Source of the DNA: Protoeuglena noctilucae
Lineage: Eukaryota
NCBI GenBank assembly: GCA_958009085.1
Contig: OY253668.1
Coordinates: 2,108,001 to 2,148,294, forward strand
DNA: 40,294 nt
Reading direction: 5' to 3'
Shown here: piece after piece, positions 1 to 11,782 of the stretch
How positions within the stretch are numbered: the first letter of the stretch is position 1
Layout: the number at the start of each line of letters is the position of its first letter
Program-made: the position numbers and the translations under genes
The notes under the pieces: generated by a model
Seen by the model: only the letters and a program-made list of their open reading frames with translations
Told to the model about the DNA's origin: nothing
The model's database searches: none

Positions 1-48
1 CGAGAGCCCGCATCTGCATGCTTGCGTATCTGCAAAAAAACGCGCGGC

Positions 49-1934
49 ATGTCCGGCGGGCACTGCGACGCGACAGCGGCGCCATGGTTTGAGTGCTGCG
101 ACCCGCAGACCTCGCGCGAGACGAGGCCCGCGACGGAGCGAGCGCGCACGAGTCCGGCACCCTCGATACCTCAGACATGCTGCAGGCGAGCTGCTTAGCG
201 GCATTCCGAGGCGGGACGCAGGCGGCTGGAGCTGGGCTGTGCTCCCGCTAGGGCACAGCGCACCTATGACGGCGAGCGCGGATCTTGGGGCGCGCAGGAC
301 CCACCGCTGCGCTCGGAGGATACTGTCGGGGGTGGTGGACCCAGCGACGTGAGGGCTGCTGCTCGGAACAGAGGTGAGGTGCAGCGTGCTGTGCAGCGGT
401 GGTTGGAAGTGCCGCCCGGCCCGCGACTTCACCCGACGCTGCTCCCGGCTTTGCTTGCAGGCATCCCACCGTGGGATGCGTTGCCGCAGGACCTGCAGCG
501 GGAAATCTTGGACATGCTGCCGAGCCGGCATGCATGCGTGGTGCGGGCGGTGCGCAAGGACTGGTGTGAGATGGTCGACGAGTTGTGGGCGGACCGCGAC
601 GACGACGACGACGACGACTGGCCGGAGGAGCGGATAGACCAGCAGCAAATGGGCATGCAGACTGCGTGCGGCTGCTGCTGCAGAGTGGTGCCTGTCTAGA
701 TGGGCCTCGTGGGATGGATGCAGCCTTGCAACTCGCTGCTCAGGGTGGGCATGCGGATGTCACCCGGCTGTTGCTCGAGGCAGGTGCTGATGCGAGTGGT
801 GATGGGGGCAGCGATACAGCGCCATTGCAGGCAGCAGTAGGGGCAGGGCGCGGGAGCTGCGCGAAGCTGCTGGGAGCTTATGACGTGGATTTTGATGTTG
901 CGCTGGGAGAAGAGGCCAGGGTGGCGGGGGTGCCGTGTTCTCATGGCAGTGGGCACGTCGCGTGCATCACACACTTGCTGGAGCATGGAGCAAGCTGCAG
1001 CCTGGAGATGGCGCAGGAGGTGTTGCGCATCGCAGCGTGCACTGGTCATGGCGAGCTTGTGCGCCTCGCTTTGGAGCGGGGGGCTAGCGCGCAGGACAAA
1101 ATGGCATTGCTCCGCGCTGCTGCCGGTGGCCATGCAGCGTGCCTGGGGCTGCTGCTGTCGCTGGGCTGTGACCCGGATGCGCGCGACGGGGTCGGGAGGA
1201 CTGCGCTGCATCACGCAGCGCATGGAGGGCACGCAGAGTGCGCGAGCGTGCTGATCAACCACGGGGCGGATGTGCGAGCAGTGGACGGCGCTGGCGAGAC
1301 AGCGCTGCATCTGGCGGCAGAGGGAGGGCACGGGGCTTGCGTGAGGGTGCTGCTGGACGTGGGAGCGAGCCCGGCTGCCACTGCCGAGGACGGCGTCACG
1401 CCGCTGCAGCTGGCCGTCCGCTGCGGCTTTGCAGACTGCGTTCGGCTGATGATGCGAGTCGAGCGAGGGACATATGCGATGGTGGAAGGGATGCTGGCCA
1501 GGGCTGGCGCAGCGCAAGCGCACTACGAGAAATGCTGTGTGGTCCTTCGGAGGGAGGGGGCGCGCCACAGTTTCACGAGGAATAAGCTCGTTGCAGCAGC
1601 GAGACAGGGTCACGTGCGGTGTGCCAGGATGCTACTGGCTAACGGAGTACCATGGGGTTGGACGTCCCCTTATAACTGGTACCGTATGCCGCCGCTGCAC
1701 GTGGCGGCCTCTGAGGGGCACGCGCGGGTGGTCAGGATGCTGCTGAGCCGCGGTGCAGACTGGCAGAGGCACGATGGGAAGGGCAAGACTGCCCTGCAGG
1801 TCGCGAAGGGAGACGCGTGCCGAAAGCTGCTGCGAGAGCACCAGGCCAGAATGGAGGCCAAGGCTTCGAGTCGCCCGGCCACTGCGGCCATGCCTGGCCC
1901 CACCACCCGTGACGGCCAGCGCGGCCCTGCCTAG
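49..1934 (+). CDS. F-box + ankyrin-repeat protein, with an apparent frameshift near 640
   Basis: Exon from 461 encodes an F-box-like motif (IPPWDALPQDLQREILDMLPSRHACVVRAVRKDWCEMVDELW). A second frame from ~642 to TAG 1934 encodes many ankyrin repeats (GRTALHHAAHGGHAECASVLINHGADV, GETALHLAAEGGHGACVRVLLDVGA, PPLHVAASEGHARVVRMLLSRGAD). Tentative 5' model: ATG 49, GC-AG intron 186-251, GT-AG intron 374-460. Confidence 0.75.
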
Positions 1935-2009
1935 CCCCAGCCAGTGGCCCTGCTTGTCCCCTGCTTGTCCACAGCACTCATGCCAGCCAGCGCGGCCCTG
2001 CCTAGCCCC
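1915..2009 (+). repeat. 24-bp direct repeat GCCAGCGCGGCCCTGCCTAGCCCC (1915-1938 and 1986-2009)
   Basis: Two identical copies read directly; the first spans the ankyrin stop codon. Confidence 0.85.
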
Positions 2010-2464
2010 GCAGCGCGGTGTCTTTGAAGCCGAAGCGAGCACAGCTTGCCTGGGCGAGTTGACAAAGGGCGTGGAGCCCAGCATGCCTCTACACATTGCT
2101 GCGCCATCGCCCTTCAACTGCCGTTCTGTGCCCGCCTGCCCTAGGCTGCCGCGGACACACCACCCCGGGCGGCCCCCCGACCGCCCGAGACGAGGTGTCC
2201 CTACCCATGGCACCCACACAGCGCTGGTCGCCGCCACCAGCCCCCCGACTGGCACGGCGCCCACACCCACGCACGCATCGCCCTCGCAGGTCAAGCACTT
2301 CCCCCACAGAGAGGGCGCCTCCCTTGCCCGGCCGCCCCCACGGCCACATACGGAGGCGCCCTCCTGGCGTACTCAGGCAACGACGGCCCAGCGTCACACA
2401 TGCAGCCCCTATACCGGCACCTCTGCTATCGCATGGCAACGCTCACATCTCTCGCGGCCCCGCG

Positions 2465-5400
2465 TCACTTGGCCGCCGGGTACGGCCCCCTCTCCGCCAG
2501 CGCCAGGTGCAGCACCCGCAGGCCGACGGCTGCCACGGCCGCCACGCCCGTCAGCGCCAGCGACAGGGCCCCCAGCGACCGCGCCTCTCCCTTGCGCGCC
2601 GCCCTCCGCGCCGCGTCCGCCACCGCCCGCCGCACCTGCCCCACCGGCAGCGCCTCTGCCGCGTCACGCAGCGCCCGCAGCTCCGCGCGCAGGGCCACCA
2701 CGTCCCGGTCACGCTGGCGGAGCGCCTGCAGGGGGAAGGACAACGCAGGGTATGCGTGACGTGACATGTGTAACAAGCAACGGCGCACAGGCCCCCCCAG
2801 GTACCGCCACCCTTGTCTCGACCCCCACGCACCCGCCGCAGCTTCTCGTCGGCTCCCGTGGCTGCTCCCGCGTTGGCCACGTGCTCGTCCCCCAGCTGGG
2901 CCCGCAGCTCCTCGATCTGGCGGATGAGGTCGGCGCGCTCCCGCTGCGGGCGGGGACGCGAGACGCAGGTTTGAATACATGGGGGTTGCAAGGCAGATGC
3001 TGAGGCAGGCACCCTGGCAGGTAGCCGTGACACACAGTGCCGCCAGCGCAGGTCGTCATCACTGCCCACGCACTCCTCGACCCTCTCACCTCAACCACGG
3101 TCTGCTGTGCCCGCAGCCGCTCGGCCAGGCGGCCGTTCGCGTACCGCAGCGCCACCACCTCCTTCTCGAGGCACTGCGCGCGCAGCTCGGCGTCTGCAGG
3201 GGCAAAAGAGGTGCAGCGTTGTGCGCAATCGCCGGCCACTGCCGCGCGCATGCCACCCCAGCCGCTGACTGCCAGGGGCCACGCTCACCGACGATGCGCG
3301 TCCGCACCGCCACCCGCTCCCTCCACGCCGCATCCAGGGCCTTCCCGTCGCCCTCCTCCTCGCTGTTCTCCGCCGTCGCGTCCGCCTCCTCCCGCACCCG
3401 CCCCAGCTCCTCCCGCACCGCGTCCAGGTCCCGCTGCCGCGCCTCCAGCGTCGCCAGTGCCGATGCACGCGCGCGCGCCGCCTCTTCGGCACGGGAGGCC
3501 AGCAGCGAGGCCTGCGGGGATGTGCGGCGATCCACGATGAGCGAAGAAGAGGCACACAGGAGGAGGACAAGGCTGGGATGGGGGCGCAAGGCACGGCAGG
3601 CGTGCGGGTGCCGTAAGCCGTCGCAGCCCCGCCCCCTCTTTCCTGCGCCTCTGCCGCCTTAGCGCGGGTCTCGAGGTCCTCGGCGCGCCGCTCCGCCTCC
3701 TGCCCCTCCCTCTCCGCCTCGGCAACCCGTGCCTCCCACGCCGCGCGGTTGCGGGCGTGATCGGCACCCGCCGCATCCAGGGCCAGACGCAGCGCGGCAA
3801 CCTGGGCGCAAGGACAGAGGTCGTTGGAGCGGGTGACGACGAACCGACCACGCCAGCCAGGCGCCGAGGCCGTGCTGCCTGCTCATCCTGCTCCTCCCGC
3901 TCGTGACCCTGTCACAGCCCCTCACCTCGTCGCGCAGGGCGTCCCGCACCGTCACCACGTCGCCCGCCTCGCGCCGCGCCTCGTCCGCCGCCCGCGCCGC
4001 CCGCGCCCCCTCGGCCTCCGCGTCCGCCGCGCGCCGCTCGGCTGCCTCAGCGCGTGACGCGTGCAGCGTCACCTCGGCCTGCACCTCGGCCAGGCGCGAC
4101 AGGGCCGCGGACAGGCGCTGCTCCAGCGCACCTGCGGGCACCGGCGGGGTGCTGGTCCTGCACCATTGCAGCGCGTGGCATCCACGCTGACGGGCGGGGC
4201 CCCGACCCCACTCGCAAGACCGCTTTTACGCTCACATGACCACCCCTAACCCTCGCCCAGTCAAATCATCACTCACNNNNNNNNNNNNNNNNNNNNNNNN
4301 NNNNNNNNNNNNNNNNNNNNNNNNNNNNNNNNNNNNNNNNNNNNNNNNNNNNNNNNNNNNNNNNNNNNNNNNNNNNNNNNNNNNNNNNNNNNNNNNNNNN
4401 NNNNNNNNNNNNNNNNNNNNNNNNNNNNNNNNNNNNNNNNNNNNNNNNNNNNNNNNNNNNNNNNNNNNNNNNNNNNCTTGGCCATCCGCGCCTGCGACAA
4501 GGATGTCGACGTCCCTTCCCCCAGCGCCGCCGTGTCCACTGCCATGGGTGTCGGCCGCGACTGGCACAACAACAGTCAACCCCTCGCTCACCTCCAGCCT
4601 CGCCACCTCGGCCGCTGCGTCCCTCGCGCGCCCCTCGGCCTCCTCCGCGCGCGCCACGGCCCCCTTCGTGGCCTCGGACGCAGCGGCCATGTCCGCCTCG
4701 GCAGCCGCCGCCTTGGCACGGGCAGACTGGGCCTCCATGCGCATCTCGAAGGCCCTTGTCTCCGCCTCTTGGGCCCGGTCCGCCGCACGGATGGCCTCGG
4801 ACCGCGCCGCTGCCATCGCCAGCTGCGCCACCACCGCCGACCGCCGCGCCTTCGCGTCGCCCGCCTGCGCCGCCTCCCTCTCCGCCGCCAGCTCCCGGGC
4901 CAGCGACGCCTCCCGCGCCGCCGACGCCTCCCCCGCCGCCCGCGCCTGCGACAGGAGACCCTCCAGGGACGCACACCGCGCCTCGGCCTCCTTGGCCCTG
5001 CAACGGCGATGCGAGACCTCGAGTTGATACACGCACAGCGCCAGATAGTCAGCGGAATGCTCGGCGACCGTGCCAGGACACTCGCCTCTGGTTGCACGCC
5101 GCCACCAGCCCCCGGGCCGCCTCAAGACCCCGCGTCGCGCGCCCAGCCTCGATCTCCGCCGCCGCAGCGCGCGCCTCCGCGTCTGTCGCCGCCGCCTTGG
5201 CGCGCTCGGCCTCCTCCCTCAGCTCCTCCGCATCCCGGGACGCCTTGCGGGCCTGCAGGTGTGACGGGGCTCTTGCCATGGGTCGCAAGAGCACCAGGCG
5301 AGGCGACAGATGCGTCTAAGCGCGGACCCTCCGCCCTCACCGCCTCCGCCGCGCGTGCCGCCCGCTTCCCCGCGTCCTTCTGCGTGCGCTCCGCCTCGCC

Positions 5401-8400
5401 CGCCCGCGCCGCTTCGCCCTCTGCCGCCCGGGCGCGCTCCTCCGCACCCGCGACGTCCGAGCGCGCCGCCTCCAGAGCCGCAGCAAGCGACCGCGCCTCC
5501 TGCGGCCAGGGGCAGACGCATGGGTCACCTGAGGATGACATTCGATTCCCTGCACAGCCGAGAACGCATCTCTGCCAAAGGGCCCTCGCCTGCTCAGCCT
5601 CCTTCAGGGCCTCCTCCGCCCTCTCCGCGCGCCGCGCCGCCTCCCCCGCCCCCTCCTCCGCCGCTGCCAGACGCGCCCGCAGCGCCTCGGCCCCGGTCCG
5701 CGCCATCTCAGCTGCCTCGGCCGCCGCCGCCCGCAGCCGCGCCGCCTTCTCTGCGTGCGCCTCCTGCGCCTCCGCGAGCCTGCAAAAGCAACTCCCACAG
5801 CTGGATGACCGCTTGCCAGTCCACTCGTGTGAGACCGGCCATAAACATGGGGCTGCCCGTGCCCTGGCAATTGCACATCGCTCCCTCTGCGACGTCGCCA
5901 CGCACCTCTCCCGCAGCTCCTGCGCCTCCTCCTTCGCCGCCTCGAGCATCGCCCGGGCGCCCTCCTCCGCCGCCGCCAGCCGCCCCCCCTCGGCCCGCGC
6001 CCGCTCCAGGGCCTCCTGCAGCTCCCGCACCCGCACCAGCGCGCGACGCATCACCTCCCGCGTCCCCGCGGAACGCTCGTCGCTCGCCTTCGCCGCCTCG
6101 TGCGCCGCGCGGAGGGACGCCTCCACCTGCGCCTTCTCCTCCGCCAGCGCCGCCTGCGCCTTGGCCGTCCGCGCGTCCGCCGCCGCCCTCGCCGCCTCGA
6201 GCTCCTCGCAGGCCGCGCGGAGAGAGACCACCTGGGGAGAGACAGCGGCGGGGTGTCGCGCGCAGGGGCGGCCATGGGACGGGACGGGTGGAACCTGCTG
6301 CGCCTCCTCTCGCCTGCCCCTCCAGCTCCCGCACGGCCAGCCCCGCGCGCTCCCGCTCCCCCTCCACCCTCCGCCGCAGCTCCGCGGCCTCGCCCTCCGC
6401 GTCCGCCGCGCGCCCCGCCATCGACTCGAGCTCCTTCATCAGCTCCCCCACCCGGCCGACCAGGCCCGCCCCCTCCGCACGCGCCGCGGCCAGCTCCGAC
6501 GCCACCTGGGCCCCTGCAGCGCCGACGCAGCCGGGTGCAACAGTCATGAGCACATCCACAGTCACGACTGGCTCAGGCACGCGAGCATAACAGCTGAGCA
6601 GAGTCCCCCGCCCTCACCCTGCTCCCGCGCCCGCTGGGCCTCAGCCCTGGCCTCTTCCACCGCCGCCTTGCATTTGGCCACCTCGTGCTGGTGCGCGTGC
6701 ACCAGGGCCTCCAGGCGGGCGTGGAGCGTGCGGGCCGCCGCCTGGGCCTCGGACAGCTGCAGGGAGCGGGGGGAGCGACATGAGGCGTCGCAGCCATGCA
6801 CGCCCAGACCAACGCGGAGACGCAACGACGGGCACCCGACGGACACGGGCAGCATAGCAAGCGGAACGGTCATTTCCATCGTCGCAGCCAGCCCGCCGCC
6901 CCCACCTGCGCCTCCGCGCTGGCCTTGTCGGCCTTGAGCTCCGCGTGCCGCCCCGCCAGCACCTGAAGCTCGGACTGGCGGCGGCGCAGCTGCGGCCAAG
7001 GATAGCAGGTGGGTTTGTGTTGAACAACGGTTGACGCAACCAGGCAAGGCTCACCCACCAAGGCCCTGCTACCCCTCGCAAGTTCCCCACCTGCTCCGCC
7101 TCCTCGTCCTTCGCCTCCCCCTGCCGCTGCAGGTCCTCCACCAGTCGCTGCAGGCCCAGCACCTGCGGGGAGCAACCCGGACCACGGTCGACAACGTGGC
7201 TGACCCCAGCCTGGCCGACAAACCACCCCGACGCCCGCAGTCGACCCTGTCTACCCCCAGCCCCTCACCTCCTGCTCCAGCGAATCCCTCTCCGCCTGCG
7301 TCTCCTGTACCTCGGCACACAGCGCCCCGTCCCGCGCCTCCAGCTCCGCCACCCGCGCCATGGCCTCCGCCAGGCTCGCCGCCAGCGCCCCGCTCCGGGC
7401 CCCGAGCACGGCCGCCTCCTCCGCCGCACGCTCGGCGCGGGCCCGCGACTGCGACTCGCGCTCGTCCGCGGCCGCAGCGCGCGCCTCGGCCGCCTCCAGG
7501 CGCGACACCGCCTCGGCATGCGCGGCAGACACTGGGAGTGGGGGCGAGGAGCGAGACACCGTGACCCAGACGGCAGACGTAAGCCAGGCAGGCAAATCGC
7601 CTCCCCGCGGCCCGTGCGAGTCTGCCCTCACCGTGCTGCCTGGCTGCCTTGGCCTCCTCGACCGCCTCCTGCAGATCCGCGACCCGGGACTCCAGGACCG
7701 CCACGTCCGACTCCGTCACGCCGGGGCGCACGCTCTGGGGGTGTGACACAGACAGGGGGTGTGGCAAGGGAGGGACGCGGGGCGCGCCATGCAGGTGTAA
7801 CTGTGTGATCGGGTTGCATGGCTCTGCGTCGCAAGGCATAAGGCTGCACCTGCAGTCGGTGGGCCTCCACCTCCCGGGCCAGCGCGGCTGCCCGCGCCTC
7901 CAGGGCCTCGTTGCAGGACTGCAGCGCCTCCCTCTGCGCGGCCAGGTCCGCCAGGGCCGCGTCCACCTCCTCCCGCTGACGGGCTGCGGGGAGGGCGACA
8001 GGCTGTCGCGGGGCGCAGGCTGGGGCATGGCGCAACCGAGTGCGCGTCCTGCAACCACGTTGTGTCTCCTCGCCTGCCTCCCCGGTCCACTCCTCCATGG
8101 CCTTCTGCAGCCGCGCCACCTGCGCCCGCGCCTCGTCCCGCTCCCGGAGCGCGGCGTCCAGCAGGGCCGACGCCCGAGCCGCCTCGTCCCGCGCGTCCTG
8201 AAGTCGGACAAGGAGCGCCAGGGTGTGTGCTGCTCTCCACGTGCAGGGCGATCGCATCACCCCGCTGCCCTCCCACCCCGGCCCTCACCTCCGCCCGGTC
8301 CGCCGCCGCCTCCGCTCCCGCCAGGCACCCCTCGGCACCCTCGGCCTGCCCCCGCGCCGCGTCAATCTGCGCCTGCAGGGCCTTGATCTTCTCGAATGCC

Positions 8401-9656
8401 AGGCGCACCACGCGCTGGGCACCCTCGCCCTTGCTCTGCTGCGCGCGGCTCTGGGACAGCGCTGCCTCCAGCTGGGACGCCTGGGGGTGCAAGGAGAGGC
8501 TCGTGTTGACGATCGACGGCGGCCAGCGATGCGCGGCCAAGAGCCCATTCCCCCACCCCTCCCCACCTTGTCCCTCTCCTCCGTCAGCTGCCTCTCCAGG
8601 TCCGCCACCCTCGCCCGGTGCGCGTCCCGTGCCACACGCTCCCGCTCCAGCGCCGCCGCCAGCCCCGCCAGACGCGCCGCCTCTCCGCGCGCCACATCCG
8701 CCTGGGCCTGCGGATGGCAGATACTCAGGATGGCACATGAGGGGAGTAAACATGCCTTGATAACCTATGAAATGCGCGGGTCCCTGCGCCCAGAACTCCA
8801 ACCTGTCCCCCTCCCCATCTCACCATCAGCTCCCGCGCCCGCACCGTCCCATCCGCGTTCTCCTGCCCCTCCTGCGCCCTCCTCCGCAGCTCCGCCTCCT
8901 TCCCGCGCTCCGCCTCCGCCCGCGCGAGCAGCTGGGTGTGCAGTTCGCGAAGCTGCAGGGGGACAGCACTGCTGCATGATGACGCTCACCCCCGCTGCCG
9001 GCCATCGTCACCGGCGTGACATCGGAATGAGCCCTGCCCCGTCCATTCGCAGTCCTGTCACTGCCAGCCAGTCCTCACCTGCTCGTCGGACCGCCTGGGG
9101 GTGGCGGGGGTGTCCTCGAACAGCTGGTTGCGCTGCACCCGGAACGCCAGGCTGGGGGAGGCCGGGGTTCGGGGGACGGAGCGGGGGGTCGCGGCCAGGC
9201 GGGGGGTCCCGGCGTTGACGGCGCGGCCGCCCAGGGGGGAGAGGGGGCTGCGGCTGACGGGGGTCTTGCCGGACATGCCCAGGGGGGACCTGTGGGGCGG
9301 ACGGACGGGGTGGCTTGGCGCGTGGCTGGGTGAGGGCGGCATAAGCGCATGCGGGGGCAGCAAAAGTCCCTGGCAAAAAACTCACTTGGGCGTGTGCAGC
9401 ACGAGGGGGGTTAGGGCGCGGGGCCCCGGGGTGTTGGTGGCCTCCTGCAGCGGAGTGGCTGCAGGGGCGACAACGGGCGGGGATGGGGTGCCGGCGCTCT
9501 CAGGGACAGCCCATCTGGCAGTGAACGGTCGCGCACATGCAAACTCATTGATTCGATAGCAGCGGCGCGGATGCCGGAGGCGGGAACGGCGGCGCCTGTT
9601 TTGAAAGGCTGTCCACCAGCCGTCGGATCTACCCGCTCAGAAACCGACTCACCCAT
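2465..9656 (-). CDS. Large multi-exon Ala/Glu/Arg-rich coiled-coil protein with an S/T-P-rich N-terminal head
   Basis: A chain of minus-strand exons encodes heptad-like segments (e.g. LQEALERARAEGGRLAAAEEGARAMLEAAKEEAQELRE; RERADLIRQIEELRAQL), flanked by GT/GC donors and C-rich AG acceptors. Start modelled as ATGG (9656-9653), intron 9652-9459, then MATPLQEATNTP. Stop TGA at 2465. Family not identified; interrupted by the assembly gap. Confidence 0.7.
4277..4476. other. Assembly gap (200 N)
   Basis: Run of N bases inside the coiled-coil gene. Confidence 0.99.
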
Positions 9657-10415
9657 GGCTTTGAGATCAGGTCACCGACGCCGAAGCGCAAGTGATCGTG
9701 CGGGCAAACCGCCTGTGTCGGTCGCCTCGCCTGCGTGCGCGGGTTGGGCACTCACGATCAGCATGCTGGGGTCGCCCCCGCGATCCAACCTTGCGCGGGT
9801 GACATTCCAGCTGATGCCCACTGAATCTAAGGCAGCACAGGAGCGCACCGCGGCGTGCGCGGTGCGCGTTGGGGGACGTCGTACGTAGAAAACCGGGCAG
9901 GAGGATCACACACTACACGCGGCCCTCTTCGAAACTGGGGGCTCGACAGCCGGCGCCCCCATGCCGGTCAGCAAGAAATCAGTAGCGAAAATGCAACGCG
10001 ATGCAATGCCAATGCCGAAAGGCCCCAGGCTGCTGGAGAGACCAGCCGAGGGACGATGGCGAGCAAATGCGGGCGTGACCGCAAGCTCCCCGGCACAAAC
10101 AAAGATTGATTAGATCTGTCCCCCTGAGAGTGCCGAAGGCAGAGGTCGACACTCACCACAGCGAGAGCACACTTTCGCGAAGTGCGCTCAGATGCAGCTC
10201 TTCGCCGAACCAAGATGGCGATCTGTTCCGTGAAGTGCCACGCGCCGGCTGGAGAGTTGAGGGGCGGAACGGACGTCAGGGGCGGCGTTCTGGCAGGTTG
10301 TTGTCGGCATCGCCTGTTCACCCGGGCAGCCACTGCCAACCTCCCCGCCATTGCACCGTACGGTCATCGACCTCTCGCTCTTACGAATCCTGCGCCGCAC
10401 TTCTCCATCGCCACC

Positions 10416-11642
10416 ATGTCCGTCCTTCGCGAGGCTGCCCGCACCGCGGCGCCTTCGCTCGCGCGCCACGCGCGGTGCATGACGTCGCTGACCACCTTCA
10501 CGCCCCCCACACTCCCGGACCTCCCTTACGACTACAACGCGCTGGAGCCCGTCATCAGCGCCGAGATCATGACGCTGCACCACAAGAAGCACCACCAGGC
10601 GAGCCCCCGAGGCGCGATGCGGTATTCGCCCCGCGCTTTCTCCCTAGCGCACCTTGTCTACTTGCACGCATCTCCTGGTGCGCACGGGGAAGCGAGAGAT
10701 GCCCCCCCGGCCGACCCCTTGCTGCGGACGTTGGCATAGCGGGACTGGCCCTCCCCTCGACGCGATGCCGTGCGTATCGGGGCCCTCGTGACCAATCCAG
10801 CGAGCTCCGATACACTCTTGCGCCCTGCACGAGCCGCACCGGGCAGCAGCTCCCCGGGAGCGCGCCCGCAGTCGTAATGCAGTGGGCGCACCATGCTTAC
10901 ATGCCACTGCCCCCGCTCGCAGGCCTACATCAACAGCTTCAACGCCGCGATGGACAAGTTCCTGACGGCGGAGGCCAGGGGCGATGTCTCCACGATGATC
11001 TCTCTGGAGGCGGCGCTGCGGGTGAGGTCCCACGCTTCGCCACACGGCCTGGCACGGGCTGTGGCATAGCACCCCTCTCGCTGGCTGCCTTGACAGGGAT
11101 GCACCTAGTGCCTTCCTGTTTCCGTTCCAGTTCAACGGCGGCGGCCACGTCAACCACTCCATCTTCTGGACCAACCTCACGCCCCCCAGCAACTACAAGG
11201 AGCCGTCGGGGGAGGTGGCCCAGATGATCGGTAAGCACTGGGGGTCCGTGGACAAGTTCGTGCAGGACTTCAACGCGCGCGCCGCGGGCGTCCAGGGGTC
11301 CGGGTGGTGCTGGCTGGGGTACGACAAGGCCATGGGGCGGCTGGTGATCGAGACGACGCCCAACCAGGACCCCCTGGTCACCAAGGCGAGAGGAGTGGAC
11401 GGCATTCACAATGCCAGGCTGGCTGCTCTCATCAGCTCCGTGGCGCCTCCACCACCCACCCCTTCCCTCACCGCCCCTCGTGCCTCGGCTCGCAGGGCCT
11501 GATCCCCCTGCTGGGCGTGGATGTGTGGGAGCACGCGTACTACCTGCAGTACCGCAACGTCCGCCCCGACTACCTGAAGGAGATCTGGAAGGTGGTGAAC
11601 TGGGCCAACGTCAACGAGCGCCTGGCTGCGGCCACCAAGTGA
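10416..11642 (+). CDS. SOD2: Mitochondrial Mn superoxide dismutase, 4 exons (10416-10598, 10923-11021, 11131-11385, 11496-11642)
   Basis: Motifs [47 protein letters not shown] and [11 protein letters not shown], plus an Arg/Ala/Ser-rich presequence. Introns 1 and 3 have GC donors. Confidence 0.96.
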
Positions 11643-11782
11643 AGACTAGACGCTGCCTGCGCTCGCATCCCACGAGGCGCAACTAGGAAGCGCGCCGCTC
11701 CCGCCGTTTTTCCGAATGACACCCTCGATCGTTTGAACCTGTCGATGGGCTCGGTTGTGACACCATGGTACCCCCGCCCCAC

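Noticed and set aside
4478..6937. Long plus-strand ORFs (e.g. 819 aa at 4478-6937) and the many other overlapping Pro/Arg/Ala-rich ORFs
   Set aside because: These are antisense or off-frame shadows of GC-rich coding exons; stop codons are rare at this GC content and no domains are recognisable.
9405..9416. Interstitial telomere-like GGGTTAGGG (also CCCTAACCC near 4244)
   Set aside because: Single units only; the 9405 copy is coding sequence (ALTP) and both are expected by chance.
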